A stretch of 63,653 nucleotides of DNA, the filler included, from Folioceros fuciformis (lineage: Eukaryota), in assembly GCA_049999805.1 (NCBI GenBank). It is 7 parts of 7 records of this genome, joined end to end, with 100 filler letters (N's around TTAATTAATTAA, not from the genome) between each part and the next. Parts side by side here need not be neighbours in the genome. Positions count along the whole stretch, not along the records: positions 1 to 16,390 come from JBNGIO010005093.1; 6 more parts are not named here. The stretch is one strand, 5' to 3'. The notes under the pieces were generated by a model. That model saw only the letters and a program-made list of their open reading frames with translations. It had not been told where the DNA came from and searched no databases. Positions 1 through 11,820 of this stretch are shown piece after piece (the first letter of the stretch is position 1; the number at the start of each line of letters is the position of its first letter). The translations under genes and the position numbers were made by a program.

Positions 1-1
1 A

Positions 2-652
2 GCAAAACTCCAAGCAGCACAAGACCGGACTTGCATCACAGCAAACCATCACCAACGCGACGTCAACTACTCCGTTGGCCAGTTTGTTTGGCTCCGAGTC
101 AAGCCCCACAGGTATCCTGACATGATTCAGCAACGCAGCAAACTCACCTACAGCTTTGCAGGTCCTTTCTGGGTGTTGAAACGCATCAACAAGGTCACGT
201 ACCAGCTTGAACTGCCCGCCGACTGGCGCTTTTGCTGAACATTCCATGTGTCCCTGTTGAAACCAGTGATCCACTGCCGTGCTAAACTTCCCTCATTGCC
301 GACACCAGCTGAGTCTGTGCTAGCAACCAGCCAACCCTTAGTCACCCATTCTAGGACACAGACTCCCATTCCCTCTTCGGAGGCCAGCCACAGTGTTCCC
401 TCTGAACCCCTCCCGACGGTATCACCAATTCCCCACCAACCGACCCGCATCCTCCAACGTCGAGACCGGCACCTCCGGCACCTCCGGCACCTCCGGCATC
501 GACACATCTGTGACTTCCTGGTTGCGTGGGAGGGCGAGCCCGATTTAGCGGCAACATGGGAACCCGAGGATTTCTATCTACAATTCCCCCGTCTGCGCGA
601 GCAGATTCCAAATGGCCAGGAGGACCCGGCCCCAACAAGTGGGGAAGCATGA
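2..652 (+). mobile_element. Ty3/gypsy (chromovirus) relic: integrase C-terminus plus chromodomain, PPT and start of 3' LTR
   Basis: Frame 2 reads VGQFVWLR...SKLTYSFAGPFWVLKRINKVTYQLELP (GPY/F motif), an in-frame stop at 236-238, FHVSLLKP, then chromodomain-like FLVAWEGEPDLAATWEPE. The purine tract AAGTGGGGAAGCA is followed by TG at 650. Confidence 0.85.
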
Positions 653-870
653 AACGTGACGACGAGCAGGCCACTCAAGTCATCCGCCGAGGAACCGAAG
701 CTACCACGAAACAGGTAGCAGGAACCCTACGAAACACTCATGGTTTTAGCGAATACCCAGCTGATACAAAATAATTAAACAGATACTAATTAAATAGATA
801 AATGCCAGTACATAGGATATCCGGATAACTAAAAATTGTTATACCAGTAGAATCCCAAGAAGTAGGGTAG

Positions 871-3456
871 TTAGGCGGGCAGGCACAGCCTTCTTGGCAT
901 TGCTCGCACACATGTATTTGTAGCGAATCCAAACATGAAGAGAATGTCCATTTTCCCAAAGCCGGAATCCAGAGCTGCTCCGTAACACAAGTCGTTGTTT
1001 TGTAAGGCTCCTATCGCAAGGAGTTCCCTTTGCGGGGTTTCAATGATGCAGTGACCATCCCCGAAGCATACGTAACAGCCTGATTCATCTACCTTTCTAA
1101 CTGAGAAGAGGTTCTTTGTAAGCCCTGGTACATGAAGAACGCCTGATATGTGCAAGGTAGATGTTGTTTTAAGGTTAATTTTGAGGGACCCATGACCCTG
1201 TATTTTGTGTCTGGAGTCATCTCCTAGACTAACATACTGAGGTGGCTGTGTAGGGTTGATCTCTATGAAGTATTCTAGGTTTTGTGTCATGTGTTGGGAG
1301 GCACCCGAGTCAATGTACCATGTGTGATGTCCCTGAGCTGCAAGGCAGGATGCCACATAAGCTGTTGGATTAGAGGAACTTGGTTGATCTAGCTAATCTT
1401 GGGATGATTGAGGTGTGTGCGTTAAATATGCTCTTGTATGTCTTTCCATTGTGAGGGCGAGTTGTCCTATCTGCTCACGTCAACGTTGTGGGTTGTTTGC
1501 AGTTTGTCGTTTCCGACATTCCTCATAGGTATGTCCTGGAATTTTACAGTACCCGCAGACGGGTTTCCAAGGGGGATTGTAGTAACCTCTTCCTCTACTA
1601 TGGTAAGTACCCTGATAATTGCCCGGTCCACAAGGATGTGGTTGTCCTCGCATGCCACCGCCCCTACCCCTGAATCTTTTGCCTGTAAAATAGGCGTTGG
1701 AGGAAGATTCTCTAGCATAAAAAGTGTTGGATAATTTGCGTCTTGCTTCTTCTATTAGCATAGAGCTAATAACTTTGTTGACTATCAGGGGAGTTACTCC
1801 TTGAAGGGACTACACAACAGTAACCTAGGACTTGGGCAGCGTGGAAAGGAGTAGGGCTGCAGAAAGATCTTTGGTAAGGGCGAATCCAATGGCCTTGAAT
1901 TTTGTTGACCAGCTACGGAAGTGCATAGTATGTTGGTCGACGAGATCTCCCTCTTGCGTGCGCAGGCCGAAGAAGTGTGTACGGTGTGCATAATATTATA
2001 TCGTGCAATTGCTGCTAGGCAGCTGCTGCAGTGTTTGTGTTTTTGATTTGTTGGACATTCCCATGACGCATAGCCTGGATGATCACGTTGTGTGCTTGTT
2101 GATTGGCGTCTTCCCAGTCCTCCTTTTCTTTTGCTGTTCCGTTGGTTGGGTAGGCTATGGGAACAGGGGGGTTGCCTATGCCTTCTACGTAGCCCCATAA
2201 TTTTCTCTCCTTTAGGATATTTTTATCCTAAATTTTCATGTTGAAAAGTTTTGCTACTGACCATCGAACTTGTCTTCTTTGGACAGGCTGGTGTGGGAGG
2301 ACATGGTGTTGGTGGCGTTCTAAACGCTGAAGACAATGTTTCTAATTATACTAGATGCATCTAACTGCATGGTGAGGACAACTTTGTAAGTTCGTTGAGG
2401 GAATTTTATGTGGGAATGTGATTCGTCTAGACTGTTGATTTTCTGTATTATTGAGGTTTGTGTTTCTTGAATTTCCTTCGCAGCTGGAGCATGAAGAGGT
2501 TGTGATGTCTACATAGAGAACTGAGGTGAGAGATTACTTTCTCCTTGACATCTGTGAGTGAGATGGGAGCGATGATGTCTAGACATGTGGTAAATTCCCT
2601 TTTCATTGTTGATGGAAGAGGTATTCTACTTGGATGTATGAGAAGTCATAATCATGATGTTCTAGGTGACCTCTGAGGAGTAGTTCTTTGCCAATTAAAA
2701 AGTAGGACACCGCAGGTCCTGAACTAGCCATAATGACAAAGGTTTTCCTGTGCCTCTTTGAGGTATCGAATCTCTCTATTGGACCTTTGCCATTGAAGGT
2801 ATTTGGCTTTTTTTTTCTGCCTTCTTTGCAAGGCGCCTTAGCCTCTGATCACCAGGCACTAGGTCGCAATTGGCGGGGCATTATGGTGTGGCTGGTATGG
2901 ATGAGATCAATGACCAGAGGGAAGGGATCCTGCTCTGATACCATGTAATTATCAGGATTAGATTTGCATTGAAACGTGATCGTTAAGTACAAAGGTGAAA
3001 CGCTGCGAGCGTACTCATAACTGTTCGCTCAAGTTCGACTTTTGGTATCTAGTCTGTAGACCGAAACGTGCCCTAACCTAGGCAGTAGATATGCATTAAT
3101 AACAGGCCCACCTTTGATACCCTACAGTCCATGTTTGGGCAATTGGCATGTGCACCTCCATGCTCTTCTGAAAGGCACCAGTGCTGTGCACCAGCCTTTT
3201 TCAAGCATAGCAAAGTAACATGGTCAGCGAAAATGAGGCCCTCCGACTCTAGTCGTCCACACACAACTAGCGCTTCCTATTCGAGCAAGCCCGTGCTTGG
3301 CATACCTAGTCTCATAGCATTCCAGATGGAATATTCCACTCGCACCTCAAATGGACACCGAGATCAATGTACTCGTCGCTTCACAAATAAATCCTTCTTA
3401 CAGACGGACACTTTCGAAACTTTGCCTCTAATTACAAAATAGGTGTAGATGTGACA
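871..3456 (-). mobile_element. Degenerate, 3'-truncated Ty1/copia element (5' LTR, PBS, gag, protease)
   Basis: tRNA-iMet PBS TGGTATCAGAGC on the minus strand at 2932-2943; gag zinc knuckle CGYCKIPGHTYEEC; protease WYIDSGASQHMT and LHVPGLTKNLFSV; many stops and frameshifts. The LTR outer end (~3456) is approximate. Confidence 0.85.
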
Positions 3457-3610
3457 ATAATGAGCATCTTGGCATTAATGTATGTATTATTTGTTGTAGG
3501 TTTCAAAACATTCGCTCATGACCATGGTGGTGTAGGGTTATTAAAGCCCAATGTGTTTAGACTAATGTGTTTAGTCTAAGATTAGTGTCTAGTTAAGTAT
3601 CATTAGTTTA

Positions 3611-3876
3611 TGATGAGAATCAATAGCTCTTAGTTAGAAGAGAAACAATGGAATGAATTAATTAATGAGTAAAGTACAAGCCTTTAAATAGGCTGGGTGG
3701 TAGGGTGGTTACAACAATATGTTGTTGTAACCATAAGTGGTTGCAACCATAAGTTGTTGCAACTATAAGTTGTTGTAACTAACATAACAACTAACTACCT
3801 AAAGCCCTAGCTCTTAAATAATGTTTGAGTAATTAGGCCCTAATGAATAGTGCCCTAAGCTAGAGTTATTTCATCA
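3611..3876 (-). repeat. 3' LTR of copia element
   Basis: Near-identical to 11517-11782; TGATGAGAAT...ATTTCATCA termini; internal CATAAGTTGTTGCAAC-like short repeats. Confidence 0.95.
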
Positions 3877-4888
3877 CTCCCACTCACTATGAATGTAGGG
3901 GTGAATTTTAGCTTCAAAATGAGGTCTAAAACATAGATAGACTCCCACTTAATCAAAAGTTATTTACTTAAGAAAAATGCTAAAAGCTTAAGATGCTTGA
4001 TGGTTAAGTTAGCTTGAAATAAAAACTTGATAAATCCTCGAAAGTTGGCGGTTGAAACGGCCATAGAAGAAATAGTCTAAAAGCAATAACACCTGGCATT
4101 AATAAATATGCCACAAAATAACAATAAAAATAAGGCCTTAAATGGTCCATAAGCCTATAAACAGGTCCATAAATAAGCCAAAATTGAGCCTATATGAGCC
4201 ATTAAAAGATAAATAGGCCTGACCCAAAAACAGGGCCAAAATAAAGCCTAAAATAGGAAAACCTATAAACGGGCTATAAGGTATAAGCCCATTTTGGGCT
4301 TATCCAGGGCATACGGTCCTGAACCGCCCGGGGCCACCTGATTGGTGGTCAGAGGGGGCAGGTACGGCCGTTAAGCCGGCCGGTTCTGCCTCCCAAATAA
4401 GCGCTCCTGCCGGGGGAAAGCCATCACTTTCGGCCCCCCCCTGCACATGGTGGCGCACAGATCGGCTGCTCGCCCCTCCGCATCGCGCGCAGCACCTGGA
4501 GCTGGGCATCCCGCTGCACCGGCATAGGCGCAAGCATCCCGCGTTCCGCGCCTGCTGTCGCGCGCCGCGCCTGGTGGAGATAACCACGCGCTGCACCTGT
4601 AAACATCCCGGCGCCTCTGCGGCTATCTGCTGTCGGGGTGAGAGGTGATCTTCCCCGCGTTCTGCGCTCCTGAGGTCGCGCTCCCACTGCCACTACATAA
4701 GCTCCCATGTGTCTCGAGTTGTTGTTGCAGATTATTGTATTGCTGCAAAATTGGAGTGGAGATGACGCGCCTAATAACTGGTGAGTCCATTTTGCTTTCA
4801 ATGTGTATATCCAATTTGCATTGTCTATATCCCATTTTGTAAATTTTCATGCGGTAGTTTCCATGTCTCATGCTTGTAGGAATAATAC

Positions 4889-6090
4889 ATGCTTGATATG
4901 GTGGCAGGTCCTCGTCGTGTGGAGAAGGCCCGTGCCCCCCCACATGCTCCAAAGGACGAGGCCATAAAGAAAATGAAGAGAGCAAATCGAGTAGCAAGAA
5001 GGAGAAGAAAACTTGCCGCACGTGGAGAAAAGGATAGATTGAGCCGGGAAGCCGCCCGTGGGCGCATCTTGTGGTATAGAGATGCACTCGCACGGGGTGA
5101 AGAGATCCCGATGTCGGGCCCCGGCCGTAATATAGGAAATGATATGGAAGATCCTAATTTCTCTTGTGAATTCCTGCAAGCATGTGCCGAGGTGGCTAAA
5201 ACAGGCGGAGAAAAGGCCGATGGAGAAGATGACGTCTTGGTGGTACAAGCACTCGCCGGAAAAACCGATGTTGTCATCAAAGAAGTTGAGGGGGCTGGTA
5301 AGCCAATAAAATGCAAAATAAATTGCAATAAATAATTTGATTGCATAAAAATACTAATCATTGTTGATGTAGATAATCCAATTACCGAGGGCTCAGGAGC
5401 TATATCCTCGGAGTGTCCTGGGTATGACGACTTCAACATGGAAGAGTCGGAGGAGTCAGGGGACTCCATGAAACAGGACGAAAGCCCCCAGCAGGCCGTG
5501 TGTGAGGGCAGCCTGAGCTGGAGAGCATATGCTAGCGCCGACATAAAAGAAGTAGGAGCTAGGGAAAAGAAAAGTGAGTAGGTATAAAAACCTATAGTTA
5601 GGGGCTAGTAACTAGCTGTAACCTATGCTAAGGATAAACTTATCTACATCTATTTTGCAGATGGGGAGAAAGGGGTAGGCACAAGCTATGTGAGGTTTGC
5701 CCTACCTCTACAACCTATAACAAAAGCTAAAAGGAATGTGCCAAACTCCTATTTGCCAGCTGGAAACCTATGCAGAGCAACCTACATGGTGCTTCCGGGA
5801 GGAAAGGACGACCACGAAGTCCCCATGGAATATATATGTGAGAAAGGAGGGATAAAAATGATGTGGTTAGGTGCATATCCATGTGAAGAGTACGGAGGAC
5901 ACACCAAGCACTTGTATAGTAAGTGACCTAACTTCTGAATGACTAACTTGACATCATTTTTCTTTCTGTAACCCATGGAGTGTTTGTAGGATCCTTTTGG
6001 GCATTAGAGAGAGAGGATAAGGAGTACAGTGATGATTACTTGGAAATAGAAGAGGAAATAAACCTGCTAGATAAACTTTGTGGATTGTAA
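4889..6090 (+). CDS. Antisense four-exon accessory gene inside the copia element, join(4889..5297,5373..5573,5661..5918,5990..6090), 322 aa, unknown function
   Basis: Three GT-AG introns (GTAAGC..TGTAG 75 nt; GTGAGT..TTTGCAG 87 nt; GTAAGT..TTTGTAG 71 nt with GACTAAC branch site). All are phase 1 and join into a stop-free ORF ending TAA at 6088-6090. The N-terminus is basic (KKMKRANRVARRRRK). Confidence 0.75.
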
Positions 6091-6107
6091 AAATTTGAAA
6101 ATACCCA

Positions 6108-9100
6108 CTAGCTAGCTGGCTTAACCTCTTGTACTCCTAACATTTTCATGTGTTTTAAATGCAAATCTCTTCCTAATGACTTGGTTAAAAGGTCAGCTGG
6201 GTTGTTTTGGGTTGGAATATAATTGATATCTATTGTTTTATTTTCTAACATTTCCCGTATGTAATGATACTCGACTGCTATATGTTTAGTTCTGGAGTGG
6301 AAAACAGGGTTCCTAGCTAAGGCAATAGCACCCTGGCTATCACTGTAGAGAGGTGTAGGTCCATCTTGAGGATAATTCAACTCACTCAATGCTAACCTAC
6401 TCCAGACTATATCCTTGGAGACTGAGGTGAGGACCCTATACTCTGACTCTGTACTAGACAAAGCAATGGTTGGTTGTTTCTTGACCATGAAATGGGTGCA
6501 CCTCCTAGCAGTAATGCGTAGCCGGATACAGATTTGCGGCTATCAGGATCTCCAGCATAGTCGGCATCAGCATAAGCTGTTAATTGTAACTTAGATATGC
6601 CGGGAACATGTTTATACATCAATCCTGTGTGCATAGTCCCTTTTAAATACCTGAATATTCTCTTGACACATTGCCAATGTTGTCTTCCAGGATTCTCCAA
6701 AAATTGTGAGACTGCACTAACTTCAAAAGATATATCGGGTCTTGTGAAGTTACTTAAATATATTAAGGTGCCAACAGCATGTCTGTATGGTACTGCTGAC
6801 ATTTCTGCTTTCTCTGCATCTGTTTTAGGGCTCATATCTACTGTAAGCCTTGTGCCACTTGGAAATGGTGTGGCTGCTGGCTTAGCATCTTCTAGTCCAA
6901 ACTTCTTTAAGCTTTCTTTTATATATTTTGTTTGAACCAAGGAAATGGATTTATTACCTCTATCTCTTATAATGTTAACGCCAAGGGCATAACTAAGGTC
7001 TCCCAGGTCTGTCATTTCATAATGACTTCTCAACCATGCTTTAATTTCAGCTAGATGAGAGAGTGAAGATGAAGCTAAAAATAAGTCATCCACATATAGT
7101 AAGAGGTAAATTATGTACTGTTTAGTCTTCAGGATATACATGCTAGCATCTGCTTTGCTTTGAACAAAACCATATTTTGTAAGCTTGTCATGTATATCAT
7201 TATTCCATTCCTTGCCAGATTGTTTAAGGCCATAAATGCCTTTAATGAGCCTGCATACATGGTCTTCTTTACCTTTGACTTCATAGCCTTCAGGTTGTCT
7301 CATGTATATTTCTTCTTGGATTCGGCCATGCAGATAGGCAGTTTTGACGTCCATCATGTGAAGATGTAAGTCATGTTGAGCGGACAAGGCTATTATAATT
7401 CTGAGGGAGGCAAACTTTGCTAGTGGTGCATAGGTAGCCCAAGGTATGTAATCTAAACCCGGTATCTGGGTAAACCCTCTGGCTACCAGCCTTGCCTTAT
7501 ATCGCTCAATAGAACCATCACCCTTACGTTTGATTTTAAATACCCATTTACTTCCCACTATTTTTCTCCCTTTGGGTGGTGTAACTAATTCCCATGTGGA
7601 GTTTTCTACTAAAGAGTTGTACTCTGAATCTACTGCTACCTTCCACAGGTCTTTCTCAGAAGAGGAAAATGCTTGTTTCAAGGTTAGCGGTTCCTCTGGA
7701 TCAACCGTGGCTTTGTAAACAGCTTGATAATAAGGTGTGAGAGGAGAAATGGGGTCATCAGAAGTGACAAGATATCCCAAAGGTGGTTCCTTCCATCCAG
7801 CAGGTCCTGCAACAGCGGGTCTAGTCCTAAGATTGTACCTTGGTGCAGGTTGTTGAATGTGTTCCTCAATGTCGACCACTTGTTGAGCTGGTTCCTGTGC
7901 AGGTAACGCAGGCTCTTGTTCTGGCTCGTCGTCGAGTGCATCCACATGCTCGTCGACGGGCTCATCCTCGAAAGGAATACGATCCTCCTCACGAATTTCA
8001 ACATCATAGTCGATTTCAGCATCAGTTAAATGTTGAGGTTCTTCTAAATCAGGATCTGGTGTAGTTGGTCGTCTTGGAATATATTCTAACTCCTCCTCCT
8101 CCTCCTCCTCCTCCTCCTGCAACAGAGGTTCAACCATGGGAGCTGGCTGCGGAGGGAGTGAATGTATGATGACAGAATCATCGTCATCAAAAATGGAAGG
8201 CTCCGGATGCGCAGAGGAAGGGGCATCAGGAGTAATGGGAGCAGATGCCCCCATAATAGGAGAAAGAATATGAGATTCATGAAAGGTCACGCTCCTGGCA
8301 TAAATGAGCTTTCGGGTAGATGGGTCAAATAACTTGTAACCCTTAATGCCTTCTGTGTAGCCAATAAAGGTATATTTGGCTGCCTTGGGATCCAGCTTCT
8401 TGCGTTGTACTTTGGGGATGAACACATAAGTAGGGGATCCGAAGATTCGTAAATGATCAATAGAAGGTTTTCTCCCAGTAAAAGCTTCATATGGAGTCAT
8501 GCCTTGGACTGCGGAAGTCAGCAGTCTATTAAGGAGATATGTTGATGTCAATATAGCTTCAGCCCAATAACTTTTAGATAATTTAGCTTGGGTGAGCAAA
8601 CAGCCTGTGATCTCCTGGAGGCGTAAATTTTTGTTTTTTGCTACGCCATTTTGCTGAGGTGTGTGTACCACACTAAGTTGTTGCGCTATACCTTCAGCGC
8701 GGCAAAATTCAGCAAATTCATTGGAAGTGAACTCTCCTCCATTATCGGAGCGAAGAGTTTTAAGCTTCCTGTCGGTGAGTCTCTCTGCCCACATCATATA
8801 TTCTTTGAAGAAAGAAAAGGCCTGACTCTTATGGCGGAGGATGTAGGTGAGGACGAACCGAGAATAATCATCAGTGAAGGTTAAAAAATATCTACAACCA
8901 CTAAATGAAGGTGCAGATATCGGACCACAAATGTCTGTGTGAACCAACTCTAAGGGTGCCTTAGCCCTCTGAGGGGATGGATTGTGGAATGGAGCTTGAT
9001 GACGTTTGGTTATGACGCAAGCTTCACACCAGGGGAGAGGTTCAAGTTTAGGAATACAGGGAGTTCTATACAGGTTTCCCTTAGACATTTGGATAAGCTT

Positions 9101-10702
9101 TTGGCTGTTCGGATGACCTAATCGACAGTGCCAAAGAATGGTACTTGAAGAGTTGGAATGGGAGGCTACATTGATGAGGTGTAACGGACCCACTTGGACT
9201 GAGAGTTTATAGAGTCCATCTTCTAGTGTGCCAGAGCAGATTGTGTGATACTTATTAGTATGATAGTAAAGGAGACACAAATCGGCTTCAAGGATAATTT
9301 GCATGTTATGTTCTTGACATAAACTAGCGGCTGACACTAGATTCTTGCACATGGAGGGTACATAAAGGACATGGGAGAGAGTAAGAACCTGCCCGGTGGA
9401 GCACTTTAATGCCACGGAACCTACACCAAATATGGTGAGGTTATGGTCGTCGCCTAGGAGCACTGTTTGTTGTCCTTTTGATGGCGAATACGACTCAAAA
9501 AAGTTAAGGTCGTGACATATATGAGATGTTGCACCACTGTCTAAATACCAATTTTGGTTTGATGGCTTGGAACTTGCCAAGCAGACAGTAAGTGCTGATG
9601 GAGTTGCCGTGGAGGGCTTCTTCTTAACGGCAACATGTGCTCCTGTGGTGACCTCCTTCTTTGGCTCACCATTTTTCTTCTTCCAACAATCCTTCTCCAT
9701 ATGGTTGGTCATCTTGCACCAATTGCAGGTAACTCCAGCCTTCTTCATGCCTTTTGAAGGTTTAAATGAAGAAGTGGATGGTCCTTGAAAATTTTGAGTA
9801 GGAGTCGGTCTAGGAGTGAAGTTTCCGCGGCCTCGGCCACGTCCTCTTCCTCTGCCGCGTCCTGTGTACATTACTTGATGGCGGGCTGATCGGGGATTTT
9901 CATTTCGACGGCTTGCGTCCTCCTCAATAAGTGCTCCTATTAATTCACTTACGCTGATATCCAGCGTTGTGGAGCCCGTTAATTTCTTCTGTTTTTGTGC
10001 AGCTCTAAGGACCGCATTTTGCGTTGTCACAAAGGGCCTATAGGAGGGCGGCAAGCTGGCGAGGAGAGCAATAAAAGTTTGTTTCTCTGTAAGTTTTTCT
10101 TCAGAGGATGCATTGAAATTATTCTTTGCAATACGGAAGTTGGTCAAGTGTTGTTGTAAGGAATCAGTCTCCTTCATCCTTATAGTATATAAGTGACGTG
10201 TGGCAGTCAATAAGCTCATTCCATCTTTGGAGGCATAATGCTGAGCTAACTTCTCCCACATCTCGGCTGCGGTGTTTGCGTCTGCAACTTGGAGTACCAT
10301 CGCTTCGGTAAGTCCGTTCATTAAAACGTCTCGGGCTCTCCGATCTTTGGTTTCCCATTCATCTATAGCATCGGAGTCCCAAGTGGAACATTCTTCCGTA
10401 CCGTTGACAATATTCCATAAGTCGCGGCTGCGCAGGACACCTTGGGCACGATTTTGCCATACATCGTACCCCTTGCCGTTGAATCTATCTTTGTCTTTAA
10501 AGTTGTCACCTTGAATCACTTGAGGCTTGGATTCATAACGCTTTTTAGCTTTCTCCTTTTCTTCCCTTTTAAATTGCTCCCATTCATCTCGCCATATAGA
10601 TTGTTGTTCTTCAAGCCATTTGGTCTTTTGGGCAGCCAAAAATTTTGCTCTGGCTGCACCGAAGTCATCAATATCCACGTCGAGATCGTCCGACCCCACC
10701 AT
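6108..10702 (-). CDS. Copia gag-pol polyprotein with one frameshift near 6485 in RNase H
   Basis: CNWCKMTNHMEKDC knuckle, WYLDSGATSH protease, WHCRLGH...CEAC integrase zinc finger, LRSDNGGEF, LYVDD reverse transcriptase, YADADYAG and KKQPTIALSSTESEY RNase H (ORFs 6407-10702 and 6108-6488). Confidence 0.95.
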
Positions 10703-10713
10703 TGCAAGTAATT

Positions 10714-11316
10714 TTAATGATGCAGGTTATGCCGTGGTTGACACGCCGTCTTCTTGCATTGTTTTGCAGGAAAGAGGCGCGAGCAGGCACAGCATTTCTT
10801 CAAATTATGAATTTCTTCATCATCATCAGAATCTGCAGACTTACAATCAAGTGAGAAGAGGCCTTGTGAAAGGTCTCGGTCAACAAGTCTATCTGAGATA
10901 ATATTAACTTGTTGTGTATTGTAAGTCAATTTCTCATTGATAGCAGAGTGATTTATTCTAAGTTCTACTCTTATGGAATCTAGAGATTGCTGCAGATGAT
11001 CTACATTAGGAGCGAAGATACTAGCCTTATTTTTTACGTACTTAGAGATGGCAGACTCTATAGCACTATATTGATAAAGGCTAAATGTAGAAAGGAGAGC
11101 TTTACGAGCATAAATGATATCTTGTACTCTATCTCCTGACTTAGACAAAAGGGCTTCAATGAGACAACATACTTGTGCCTCTAAAACATCAATCTGAGGA
11201 GAATTGAGGTCAAACTCCTCCTGAATGTAAGAAGATTTGATTTGATGTTGTTTCTTCTTCTTTGAAGCCTTGATTTTCCTCCTAAATTCTTGTCTGCTTG
11301 GATTAAAGGAATCCAT
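10714..11316 (-). CDS. Extra 200-aa ORF between PBS and gag of the copia element, unknown function
   Basis: Uninterrupted ATG ORF ending 11 nt before the gag ATG; basic N-terminus (RRKIKASKKKK), helical middle, Cys-rich tail. Confidence 0.55.
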   Translation of the reverse strand: MDSFNPSRQEFRRKIKASKKKKQHQIKSSYIQEEFDLNSPQIDVLEAQVCCLIEALLSKSGDRVQDIIYARKALLSTFSLYQYSAIESAISKYVKNKASIFAPNVDHLQQSLDSIRVELRINHSAINEKLTYNTQQVNIISDRLVDRDLSQGLFSLDCKSADSDDDEEIHNLKKCCACSRLFPAKQCKKTACQPRHNLHH

Positions 11317-11820
11317 GGAGAGCAGACAAGAAATTGATGCACAATGTGTGCATCATTGTGCGCTGGTCACCAGATGATTGCTGCTGAAGGCGAAATCTCC
11401 ACGCTGCATTATCTTCACTTGAATTACTACAAACGCAAAAGCATTGGAGAGAAAATTGCCTAGAGCATAAGGAAGCAGAGGTGCTCAAGCACAAAGAGCT
11501 AAATGCTCTGATACCATGATGAGAATCAATAGCTCTTAGATAGAAGAGAAACAATGGAATGAATTAATTAATGAGTAAAGTACAAGCCTTTAAATAGGCT
11601 GGGTGGTAGGGTGGTTACAACAATATGTTGTTGTAACCATAAGTGGTTGCAACCATAAGTTGTTGCAACTATAAGTTGTTGTAACTAACATAACAACTAA
11701 CTACCTAAAGCCCTAGCTCTTAAATAATGTTTGAGTAATTAGGCCCTAATGAATAGTGCCCTAAGCTAGAGTTATTTCATCACTAAGTTCACTAATAACT
11801 AAAACTAGTCTAGTATGAAC

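Larger units (their letters stand above)
3611..11782 (-). mobile_element. Full-length young Ty1/copia LTR retrotransposon with two accessory genes
   Basis: 266-bp LTRs at 3611-3876 and 11517-11782 with TG...CA ends and one mismatch seen; iMet PBS 11505-11516; PPT (GAGTGGGAG on minus strand) 3877-3885; gag-PR-INT-RT-RH domain order. Confidence 0.97.

Noticed and set aside
4825-5544. 239-aa minus-strand ORF after pol as a possible env-like gene
   Set aside because: It is the Ser-rich shadow of the + strand spliced gene, whose splice sites and phases explain the region better; no convincing env features.
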